This document shows positions 41,241 through 53,060 of a stretch of DNA of 64,000 nucleotides, piece after piece; position 1 is the first letter of the stretch, and the number at the start of each line of letters is the position of its first letter. The DNA is from Eledone cirrhosa (Eukaryota): assembly GCA_964016885.1 (NCBI GenBank), contig OZ024740.1, forward strand, positions 206,956,001 through 207,020,000, given 5' to 3'. The notes below the pieces were generated by a model. The model saw only the letters and a list, made by a program, of their open reading frames with translations, did no database searches and had not been told where the DNA came from. The translations under genes and the position numbers were made by a program.

Positions 41241-43329
41241 ATATATATATATGATTTTTATCAGGTATCTAGATTTTAAATTTTTGTTAAATTTTGTTAT
41301 GATACTGTAACAAACTATGTATTCTTACATTCTATACAGATTGTCTCCTGTTAAATAAAGTTTGATATATCCTATTATACATTTATATCATTAGATATTT
41401 ATGTATGTATATATGTCATTCACTATTTTGGAATGATTAAATGCTTGGATTTCTTCTTTGAATTTTTTCTTTGAACTTATTTTGAAAACATGTTTGAGAT
41501 TATTTCAAACATAACATCTATAACTTTGAATATAATAAATATAATATATATAATATATATATCTGTATTTTGTACTCATAACTTGGCATTGATATACTGG
41601 CTGGATGCCCTTCCTATCACCAACACCACTTTACAGCATGGAGCGGATGCTTATATTCATGCCACCAGCACTAGAAAAGTCGTCTTACTGGACTTAGGAG
41701 GCTTCTCCACCCCACACCAATTTATTCGGAGTAGTTGCTTTCCTAGACAGGTTGCCTACACTTCAACTTATGGAGCCTCCTTCTGCTCCATGCCTGCTCT
41801 GAGCAGTCCTGGGCTGCTATTCAACTATATTAAGATACTCTTAGTGAGTGTACATTTCTCTATATTAAGATGCATTATAGTTCTCCAAGCCATAACAAGA
41901 GTTTAAGACTGGCTTCCCATCGGAACTCCTCTATGCTGACAATATGGTACTTATTACAGAATCAATAGAGGAGCTAGAGAATAAATTCCAGTTGTGGAAA
42001 CAGCAGTTGGAATCAAGGGGACTGAGAGTGAACCTAGCAAGGATGATGACCGCTGGGTGAAGAAGTGCCAGGTGATCCCGTTGGAAGGAAGACACAGTAG
42101 AGGAAGACCATGGAAGACATGGGCTGAGGTGGTGAGAGTTGACCTCAGATCGTTGAAGCTCACAGCGGAGATGTTGAACGACCATGACAAATGGAGAGAT
42201 GCTGTGCTGAAGAGGACCTGTCCCACCCTTTCAGGGAAAAGCAGATGTAAAATGATGATGATGATGATGATATATATTAAAGTTTTCATTCCAACATAGC
42301 TGTATACATATAAGTATGTGAATTTTGTACCTCTAATGATATACGGTATATTTACAAATAAACATTTTGTCAGCCATTTAGCTACACATTTTTGAAAGCT
42401 GATGGCTAGTGCCATCTAGCGGATTCCAGCAGAGGCAAGAGAGGATAACTGTTGATGCATTTCTGGCTTATGGCCATCATCAGGACAGTGTTTCCCCCCA
42501 AACTGCTCTCTGCTGGAATTTGATACAGATGAAAATATATAGTTTTTTTCTCCTAAGGGCTGATTTCCCATTTGGCCTGTCCCTCCTCATAGTGCCTCCA
42601 GTTCTGGGCCTCTAGGACTGTGGTTCCGCTGTGAGAAGGGTTTGGCACAGCCAACTAGCCTGTCCCTCCCCATAGTGGTGCCATCTAGTACCGGGCCATA
42701 AACTTGGTTGCGGTTCCCAAGCTATAGTTCTGCTGTGAGTAGGGTTTGGTGCGGCCAACTGGCCTGTCCCTTCTCTTTAGTGGCGCCATCCAGTTCCAGG
42801 CTCCCTGACTGAGGGCTCCACTGTGAGTGAAATTCAGTGCCGCCAACTGGCTTGTCCCTCCTCATAGGGGTGCCATCCAGTTCTGGGCTCCAAAACCATT
42901 GGTTCCTCTGTGAGATAGGTATGCCGCAGCCATCTGGCCTGTCCCTCCTCATAACAGTACCATCCAGTTCCACACTGTAAATGTGGTTGGTGTTAGGAAG
43001 AGCATCCATTGGTAAAATCCCCGGCCAAATTTACAGTCCTGTCAGAGTAAGGTATGGCACAGCTCACCTGGCCAGACTTGTCCCATGATGTGGATGATCC
43101 CTCCAACCCATGCAAGCATAGAAAAAATGGATGCTAAACGATGATGATGATGATGAGGATCACACACATACATCTTGCTAGCTGGGATAGTGGATGTTAA
43201 AACCACAGGGTAGAATTGGTCATACAGCAATGTTAACCATGACGTAATATGAGAAAAGTATTCAACGTTATGCAACTCATCTATTTTCAATGTTGAATCA
43301 TGATGGTGGTGCAGGAACAGAGTAAATGT

Positions 43330-43783
43330 ATTATAAAGTGAAATGACAGGAGGTCAAATATGTTGAATTTCTTTAATTTTTTATTACTGTAAACACTATG
43401 CACATTTCAGTGGCCAGGTTGCGTAAGAACTCAGTGAACTCATCAGGTGTAAATTGCATATTAGATGTATACCAACGGTATTAAGGAAACAAGCAAAGAA
43501 AAACAGAGGAAAAAGTGTGCTCGCCTGCCTCAGAGGCAGGCAAGCAGTTTGGCAACATCTGGGTCAAAAGCATAACACACACTTTTTCCTCTTTGTTTTT
43601 CTTTGCTTGTTTCCTTAAAGCTTACCATAATTCCGTTGGTGTACATCAATTACGCAATTTATACCTGATAAGGTCACCGGGTTCTTACGCAACCTGGCCA
43701 CTGAAATGTGCATAATGTTCACAGTAATAAAAAAATTAAGAAAATTCAGCATATTTGGCCTCCTGTCATTTCACTTTATAATG
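43330..43783. mobile_element. Foldback element/MITE with about 190-bp imperfect inverted arms
   Basis: 43330-43520 is the reverse complement of 43577-43783 (attataaagtgaaatgacaggagg ... cctcctgtcatttcactttataat). Confidence 0.8.
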
Positions 43784-43800
43784 TATGTATATATATATAT

Positions 43801-45407
43801 CATCATCATCATCATCATCATCGTTTAACGTCCATTTTCCAGCATGGGTGTGGACGGGAATTGTCCCACTTGAGGCAAGATTGGTTGTCTTGCTCAGGAC
43901 TGGCTGGCGGATTTTCTATGGCTGGATGCCCTTCCTAACACCAACCACGTTTACAGTGCGGACTAGGAAGTTTTTACCGTGTTACCTACACGGCCACATT
44001 ACAGCGTGGACTGTGTTTTTTTTTACGTAACACCTACACGACCTCATTTATTTAGGACTGGATGTTGTGGTACCAACATAGCTTTACATCGAAAGGGGTG
44101 GTGTAGATGGCGGTGGGGGTAGGGTTAGTGGGACGGGGGTGTATTTTGGTTAAGAGGTGCCTACAGACTGTAGTTTTCGCTTTGTACTTAAGCAAGGCGG
44201 GTCTTCTGTATTACTGCATAGCGCCAAAGATCTCGGTCCAGTGACATTGTCTTGGAGAGGTGTAATTGTGAGAGGTCGGATTTTATCAAGTCGTCCCAGG
44301 TTTTTCTGGGTCTGCCTACTCCATAACTACTGTCTATTTTGATTGCCCTGCACTTTTTTATACAGCTGTCATCTTACATGCGCATCACGTGACCATACCA
44401 ACATAGTCTTCTCTCGAGTAAACAGCATCTGATCCCTCTTATTCCTAATTTCTCACTTAGTTCATTTATGCTTTGCCGTTCGCGTATATTACTATTACAC
44501 ATCCAACGGAGCATGCAAGCTTCGTTCCTCTCCGGTCTGCGTAGATCCTCTGCACACCAGGCCCATGTCTCACTGCCATGTAACATCGCTGTTCGTATGC
44601 AGGCATCATACAGCCTGCCTTTTATTTTTAGAGAGAAACCCTTAGCGGCCAATAGTGGTATAAGCTCTCTGAACTTTTTCCATCCCGTTCGGACTCTAGC
44701 TACAGTACTTTCGGAGCACCCTCCACCACTGCTGATTTTGTCACCCAGGTAACGGAAGGTGTCCACTATTTCTATAGAACCACCTGGGCAATGGAATGTG
44801 CTAGTATTCTGTGGGCATTTTCTGCTACTTATTGCACCAGAGCACCGGCCACATATAAAATCTATATTCTTAGTTAGCTTACCTGTGATCCCACTACATC
44901 TTTTATGCACCCATACTTTGCATTTGGGACATAAAATGGAGTTTCTGCCTACTCCTTTCCTACACACTGAGCATGGCCATTTCCCAGATGGGACCAGTGC
45001 CCTATTCTCCTTCCTACATATTAGGACTTTAGTCTTAGACAAGTTAACTTTAAGGCCTTTTGATTCTGGGCCATGCTTCCATGTTTGGAATTTCTTCTCT
45101 AGTTCAGCCATTGATTCGGCTATGAGCGTTAGATCATCTGCGTATAGGAGTTCCCATGGGCAGCCGGTCTTGAACTCCTCTGTTATAGCTTGGAGGGCGA
45201 TAATAAATAGGAGGGTGCTAAGGACGGAGCCCTGATGAACACCAACTTTTACACTAAACTCTTCACTATATTTGTTGTTAATTCTAACCTTGCTGACTGT
45301 TTCTTTATACATGGATTGTATAGCTCTCACAAGCCATTCATCAACACCTAGTTTTAAGAGCCCATCAGATAATGGAGCGGGGGACTCTGTCAAAGGCTTT
45401 CTCCAGT
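43801..45407 (-). mobile_element. 5'-truncated RTE LINE (RT C-half, PHD-like finger, 3' UTR)
   Basis: ORF 44374-45393 with GVHQGSVLS and LLYADDL; (ATG)n tail at 43801-43822 on the minus strand. Confidence 0.9.
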
Positions 45408-47682
45408 TGGTAATAGAAATGAGGAAGGCTTCAGAATCCTGGAATTCTGTGATGCTAATAACCTAAGTGTCTGTAACTTCAAAAAACGAGAAAATCACTT
45501 GACCACCTTTATATCAGGGGAACATGCCAGCAAGATAGATTATATCCTTACTAGAAGACATGACAAAGTGTCTGTTGTAAACACTAAATCCCTCCCCCGT
45601 GAAGAATGCATCTCCCAACATAGCCTAGTAGTTAGTGACCTCATAGTCAGGAATAGACGTATTCGACGACAGAGGAGGACTACCTTGAGGAGAGGAATAT
45701 GGAAGTTGAAGGACCTCATAGCCAGTGACAAATTTAAAAGCTTATTACTTGATGCCTTTGACAATATGGAAGATCAATTAGAGACGTACAATATAGAAGA
45801 ACAGTGGGAATTCTTGAAAGTGAACCTGCTGAATGCGACAGATGAAATCTGTGGCTGGAGCAGACCTATTGGCAGGAGGAGAGTATTTTGGTGGTGGAAC
45901 AGTAAGGTGGAGGAGACAATCAAGGCCAAAAAGCAGGCTTGGAAAGTATGGTGGGATGGGGGAAGGAGTGAACACTATCAAGCGGCTAGGAGACAAGTGT
46001 ACCTTGCAAAAAGAGAAGTAGAGGATAGAAAGTTCAAGCATGTTCTACGTGAGGTGTTCAGGATTGCTAGACAATGTATCAAGGAAAACTGTGATATTGT
46101 CGGGGAGAAGTGTGTCCATAATGATAATGGTGTACTTGCCCTCACTGATACTGATAAGAAGGTAGCTTGGAAGTGTCACTATGATGGACTATTAAATGAG
46201 GAGAATAAATGGGAAAAAGATAGTCTGCCCCAAATCGATCTAATAGAAGGACAAGCGGTGCAAGTTAAAGGTAGTATAATATGTAAGGCAATCAAAGATA
46301 TGAAAACAGGCAAGGCAGCTGGACCTTTGGAGATAGTTGCTGAGATGTTGAAAGCATCTGGAATGGTGGGACATACTATGGTCACCCGTATAGTAAACCA
46401 AGTAATACAGAATGGGCTCATACCAAAAGACTGGTGTAGCAGCATCATCATTAACTGCTACAAGGGTAAAGGGGATGCTCTAGATAGGGGAAACTATAGA
46501 GGCATTAAGTTAGTTGACCAGGTCATGAAGGTCACAGAAAACGTTATAGCGCAACTAATCAGAGAGTGAATTGATCTAGATGAAATGCAGTTTGGGTTTG
46601 TGTCAGGTAAAAGTACCACAGGCGCTCTTTTCCTTGTACAACAACTACAGGAGAAGTACCTAGCTTAAAGTAAACCCCTCTACTTAGCTTTTGTTGACCT
46701 GGAGAAAGCCTTTGACAGAGTCCCCCACTCCATTATCTGGTGGGCTCTTAGAAAACTAGTTGTAGATGAATGGCTTGTGAGAGCTATACAAGCTATATAT
46801 AAAGAAACAGTCAGTAAGGTTAGAATTAAGAATGAATATAATGAAGAATTTAGTGTTAAAGTTGGTGTCCATCAAGGCTCTGTCCTTAGCCCCTTCCTAT
46901 TTATTATTGGCTTTCAGGCTATAACAGAGGAGTTTAAGACCGGCTGCCCATAGGAACTCCTATACGCAGATGATCTCACTCTCATAGCTGAATCTATGGC
47001 TGAACTAGAGAAGAAATTCCAAACATGGAAGCATGGCCTAGAATCAAAAGGCCTTAAAGTTAACTTGTCTAAGACTAAAGTTCTAGTTTGTAGAAAGGAA
47101 AATAGGGTACATCTGCCCTCGGGGAAATGGCCATGCTCAGTGTGTAGGAAAGGAGTAGGTAGAAATTCCATTTTATGTCCCAAATGCAAACTATGGATAC
47201 ATAAAAGATGTCACTGGACCGAGATCTTTGGCGCCATGCAGTAATACAGAAGACACGCCTTGCCTATGTACAAAGCGAAACCTACAGTCAGTAGGCACCT
47301 CTTAACCAAATATACACCCCAATCCACTACCACTACTCCATCCTCCAACTCCCAATAACACCGCCCTCTCTCTGTAAAGTCGGTACCACAACATCCAGTC
47401 CAAATTAATGAGATAATGAGTTCGAGATCGAGATCGTATAGGTGCCACGACAAAAAAAAAACACAGTCCACGCTGTAATGTAGCCGTGTAGGTAACACAG
47501 TAAAAAGTTCCCAGACCCACACTGTAAATGTGGTTGGTGTTAGGAAGGGCATCCAGCCGTAGAAAACCTGCCAGATAGTCCTATATGAGCGAGACACGGT
47601 CACCCAACCAACCTTGCCTCAAATTGGGACAACTCCCATCTAACCCATGCTAGCGTGGAAGATGGACATTAAACGATGATGA
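45408..47682 (+). mobile_element. 5'-truncated RTE LINE (from late APE domain) with an internal C-terminal deletion
   Basis: GNRNEEGFRILEFC, KIDYIL, NYRGIKL, DLEKAFDRVP, LLYADDL. The sequence jumps from IHKRC directly to the 3' end at ~47212. Confidence 0.9.
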
Positions 47683-47791
47683 TACATACTAACAGGTTGA
47701 CAACTTCACAATAGCACAAAGTGCTTCACACATGCATGAAATGCAACATCATGCCACACACACTCATATATACATGCACACATATATATGT

Positions 47792-49230
47792 ATCATCATC
47801 ATCACCGTTTTACATCCGTTCTTCCATGCTAGCATGGGTTAGACGGGTTGTCCTGTTGTGAGCAGTGTCTGGTCGGCTGACCATGCTTTGCTCATACAGG
47901 GACTGATTTTGGCTTGATTTCTACAGCTGGATGCCCTTCCTAACACCAACCTCATTTACAGTGAGTGCTGGGTGCTTTTTCCGTGGCGCCTACACGTCCA
48001 CTTTACAGTGTGGACTGGGTGCTTTTTTGCCGTGGCACCTCCACGACCATCTTGCAGTGGGAGGGTGTGGGGGCATATTGTCTACATGCTTCAACTTGTA
48101 CCCATGGGAGGTCGGGTACTCTGTATTACTGCGTGATGCCAGAGGTCACGGTCGTGTATCGTCGCCTTTGAGAGGTGTAATTGGGTAAGGTCGGCTTTTA
48201 TCACCTCATCCCAGGTCTTCTTGGGTCTCCCCACTCCGCTGTTTCCATTGACTTCTAGTGCTCTGCACCTTTTTATGCAGCTGTCATCCTTCATACGCAT
48301 CACATGTCCATACCAACGCAACCGCCTCTCCTGCACACAACATTTGATTCCTCTTATGCTCAGTCTCTCTCTCAATACATTTATGCTTTGTCGTTCGCGT
48401 ATATTACTATTACACATCCATCGGAGCATGCAGGCTTCATTTCTTTCTAATCTACATAAGTCTTCCACCTTCAGCACCCAGGTCTGACTACCATGTAACA
48501 TTGCTGTTCGGATACACGCATCATACAGTCTGCCTTTCATTTTGAGAGAGAAGCCTTTTGCAGCTAGCAGTGGCAGTAGTTCCCTGAACTTCTTCCATCC
48601 CATTCTTACCCTAGTTATTGTACTTTCTGAACACCTACCTCCGCTGCTAATTCGATCACCTAGGTAGCAGAAGCTGTCTACTGTTTCTACAGAGCCCTCC
48701 CAGAGATTGGTGGTACTTGTTTCCTGTGGCTGTTTGCTGCTTGCGGTTCCAGCACAGCTGCTGCATGTGAAGCCTACATTCTTAATTAAGCTTCCTGAGA
48801 ACCCGCTACATCTCTTGTGTACCCATTGTTTGCATTTGGGGCAGAAAATGGATTTTCCTACCTACACCTTTCCTTCATACTGAGCAAGGCTAATTCCCTG
48901 AGGGGATCTGGGTTCTGTTTTCTCGTCTACTTACAAGGACCTTAGTCTTTGTCATGTTGACTTTGAGACCCTTTCTTTCTAGTCCCTGCTTCCAAGTTTG
49001 GAATTTATTCTCTAGTTCTACCATAGTTTCAGCTATAAGTGCGAGGTCATCAGCATACAGGAGTTCCCATGGGCATCCGGTCTTAAACTCCTCTGCTATT
49101 GCCTGCAGGACTATGATGAACAGGAGAGGGCTAAGAACAGAGCCCTGATGGACACCAACCTGTACGCTAAATTCCTCGCTATACTCATTGCTAATCCTAA
49201 CTTTGCTGACTGCTCCCCTATACATGGCTT
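47792..49230 (-). mobile_element. 5'-truncated RTE LINE
   Basis: ORFs 48890-49225 and 48091-48603; shared 3' UTR and tail. Confidence 0.9.
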
Positions 49231-49829
49231 GGTTAAGGTAAAAGGTAAACAGAAATAATTGTTTCTACTTTAGGCACAAGGCCAGCAATTCCCCAGTGCA
49301 TTACTGGTACTTTATTTTATCGACCCCGTAAGGATGAAAGGCAAAGTCAACCTCGGCCGGATTTGAACTCAGATCGTAAAGGGACGTAACTCTGCTGGAA
49401 AGCATGGCTTCCGACCCTCTACCGATACTGCCAATCCACCGCCAAGGTAAACAGAAATAATTGTTTCTACCTTTGGCACAAGGCCAGCAATTATCCAGTA
49501 CATTACTGGTACTTTATTTTATCGACCCCGCAAGGATGAAAGGCAAAGTCAACCTCAGCAGAAATAATATAATCTGTACAGTATATGGAAGGAATATATT
49601 AGTTTAATGCTTGAAATAGCAGATATACACACACATATATAAAGAGAGAAAAAGAGAGAGGTAATTTATGGTCTGTGCAATAGACTATCCCAGAAAGATC
49701 ATCCGATACGAACTGAGTTCAGTCATTGTAAGAAAACAGTCACTTGAATCAGAATCTTAACCTATTTTTCATGCTTCAATTGAAGCTCTATTAATGTATT
49801 GTGTGTGTGTTTGTTTGTCTATATATATA

Positions 49830-49891
<62 letters not shown>

Positions 49892-51699
49892 TGGTTACAT
49901 AACAGTTAGTTCACCATACCGAGAACAATTGTTTCACCTTAGCGGATACTCACCTCGTAATCCAAGTACTATACAACTTACATAGAAGTCACAGGTGGCC
50001 TCAAATCTGTGAATGCCAAGCTGGTTAATTCAATTGAAGCTCTATTAATGTATTGTGTGTGTATTTGTTTGTCTATATATGTGTGTATATATATGGAGGC
50101 ACATGGCTTAGTGGTTAGAGCATTGGCCTTGCAATCGAAAGGTTGTGAGTTCAATTCTCAGACCGGGTGATGTGTTGTTTCCTTGAGCAAGACACTTTAT
50201 TTCACATTGCTCCAGTTTACTCAGCTGTAGAAATGAGATGATAGGGACTGGGGTCCCTATCATTCCACTGTAAAGTGGTCGTGGAGGTGCCATGGCAAAA
50301 AAGCACCCAGCACTCACTGTAAATGAGGTTGGTGTTAGGAAGGGCATCCAGCTGTAGAAATCAAGCCAGAATCAGTTTCCGTCCCACCCTTGCAAGCAGG
50401 GAAAAGTGGACGTAAAATGAAATGATGATGATGATGATATATATATATATATTCATGTACTATACAACTTACATAGAAGCCACAGGTGTCCTCAAATCTG
50501 TGAATGCCAAGCTGGTTAATTCAGTATTTTAGTTATCAGAAGAGAAATGAAACATTTGACAAATACCTTAAGGTTCACTCTAATTTTCATGATATTTCAT
50601 ACCTCAAGACACAGGTCAGGCTTCTGTACCATGTAACCCACTGGTATGATGCAACCCAGTACAACCTACTTCATGGCCGAGTGGTTGGCAACTAAATGAA
50701 ACTGACTCCTTCACCAGACCCTGGTCTAGTGAGGAGGGTAGGTAAAACCCCAGCAGCACAGAAAACAAAAGCTGTTAAAGGGCAGATGAACTCCTCAGAG
50801 TCAGAGGCCATCCACTCCAACTATGGGTTAAATAGCCTCACCAACCTGCAATTAGCTAAGCATGGTGAGTTTGGTTACATCCCTGAAGACATGACCAAAA
50901 CCAAACAGAAAGTAGTGAGGTCAACGAGGGAGGGATTCCTCCAACAGGAGTTAGAAGGCCCTGGATTGGATTGGATACACACACACACACATATATATAT
51001 TCAGATATGTATGTGTTGTAGTCTAGAACACAGGTTCTCAATCCATTTAGGCCTCGAAATCACGACCCCCCCCCCCCCTGTTTTTCCATTTTTCAATATA
51101 CTACTGATTTTGATATCTGTAGATTACTAAACAATTGATTAACAATATTCCAAAGATACCATTGCAGGCAGCTGAGAGTATAAACATATGCCTTGAAAGG
51201 AAATATATAAATTTCAAAAAAAGGAACATAAATGTTCTTTTTTTATGAATAAGGACCAGTGGAATTTGTTATATTCCCACCAGGCAATACCAGCTATTTT
51301 GAACATTTATACAAGAGCAACTCTGTCTATTCCAAGTGTGCTCTTATCTGGAAGAAAGTGGCAATTATATCATTTCAAAGCTTTCCAATTTTCCCTTTAA
51401 TGAAACAGACAGAATAAATGTTGATATCTAGCTTGATGTCCCCTCTGCTTTGTGAGCTTAGAGACCATGGAAGAGGGTTTTCATGACCACGCGGGAGGGT
51501 ATATTTATTAGTAAATGGTAAAATATATACAACAAATGAGTAAGTGAATTGTAGTAGATGGTTTCCAGTCCAGTCAGACTACAACTACAAATAAAAAAAA
51601 TTGTAAGTTTGCTTTGTAACAATAGCATATCCAAGTTTTCAGATAAATCAACTTTCTTTAACTTTGACCTCATTTCAATGGGACCCTTGAACTTTATGG

Positions 51700-52737
51700 A
51701 GTCTAGCTAACTCTTTGACGTCAGGCTGGATTTTTGTAAGATGTAGCCGGAGATCTCCATGTGTAATTACATTGTAGCAGTTGTGAGCCTTACTGTGCAG
51801 TCTGGAAACAGCACCAAACCTCCTCTTGACTAAGTATGAGCTTGGAAAAGGCACAGTAAATCTCTTAGCCTCTGCATGTAGGTGTGGAAATCAACGTTGA
51901 ATTTCCTCTTGCATCCAAAAAAGGGGTTCACCTATTTTGGGAAATCTAATTTTGATCATGTCATCTGCTTAAAGTTCAATGAATTCTTCCTGAAATATAA
52001 CATCCAAATCATCGATGTTAGCTATGAAGGGATCTGCTACCCACATTGGTATGTCCATCGGCAAAAGGTCGACAAACCGTCCTCTCATGTTGTCTTGTAG
52101 CGCACGGAGGTGAGCAGTATAAATTTGGAGTTGGTCATCGCTTACAATGATTGAACATTGGCGACACTAGGAAAATTATAGAATTTCCATCAAGAAAGAT
52201 TCCTTTCAATGACATTCAATTTGGCGAGGAATGTTTTCACAGCATTTCTTGCTTTAAGCAAGATGATCTTCTTCCCCTGCAAAGCCAAAATGACGCTATT
52301 GCATTTATCGAAGATGTTGGTGAGGTAGGCGCAGTTTTGCCTCACATCGAGGGTTTTATTGTACAGTTCTGTGTTGCGTTCTCGCAGAAACTCAATGATA
52401 GAGTCGAACAGTTCAAAGAAGTGAGTAAGGCACTTGCCCTTTGAAAGCCACCTCACTTCATTATGAAGGAGCAACTTGACGAATTCTTCGTCATTATCTT
52501 GGCACAGTTGCCGGAAAATTCGTTCATTGAGGGAATGCCGTTTGATAAAATTGATGACATCAAGGGCCACCTGCAAGGACTTGCTCAGCGGCTTGCTGAG
52601 TTTCTTCGCAGCCAAGTGTTGTCGATGAATGACACAATGAACAGCAAATACAGATAGATTTTCTCTCTTCAGAAGAGTGACGAAACCCTTATGTTGGCCA
52701 ACCATTGCTCTTGTGTCATCCGTAGCACATGATACAA
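51700..52737 (-). pseudogene. hAT/Buster (ZBED5/SCAND3-like) transposase C-terminal half
   Basis: CATDDTRAMVG, HCVIHRQHLAAK, LLLHNEVRWLSKG, PFPSSYLV motifs. The N-terminal half is not evident. Confidence 0.85.
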
Positions 52738-53060
52738 TGTGTTGTATTTGGTCCTAGATGTATGTATTACCTGCCTATGTGTTGTAGGTAGTCCTAGATG
52801 TATGTATTACCTGCTTATGTATTGCATGTGGTCCCAGCTGTATGTATTACTGCTTGTGTGTTGTATGTCGTCCTAGATGTTTGTATTACCTGATTATGTG
52901 TTGTATGTGGTCCTAGATGTTTGTATTACCTGCTTATGTGTTGTATGTGGTCCTAGATGCATGTATTACCTGCTTATGTGTTGTATGTGGTCCTAGATGT
53001 GTGTATTATCTGATTATGTGTTGTATGTGGTTCTAGATGTGTGTGCTACCCGCTTCTGTG
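52738..53060. repeat. About 40-bp minisatellite (8 copies)
   Basis: tgtgttgtatgtggtcctagatgtatgtattacctgctta tandem units. Confidence 0.9.

Noticed and set aside
52190-52705. Domesticated ZBED5/SCAND3-like host gene
   Set aside because: Truncated, disrupted, and located within TIRs and a TSD.
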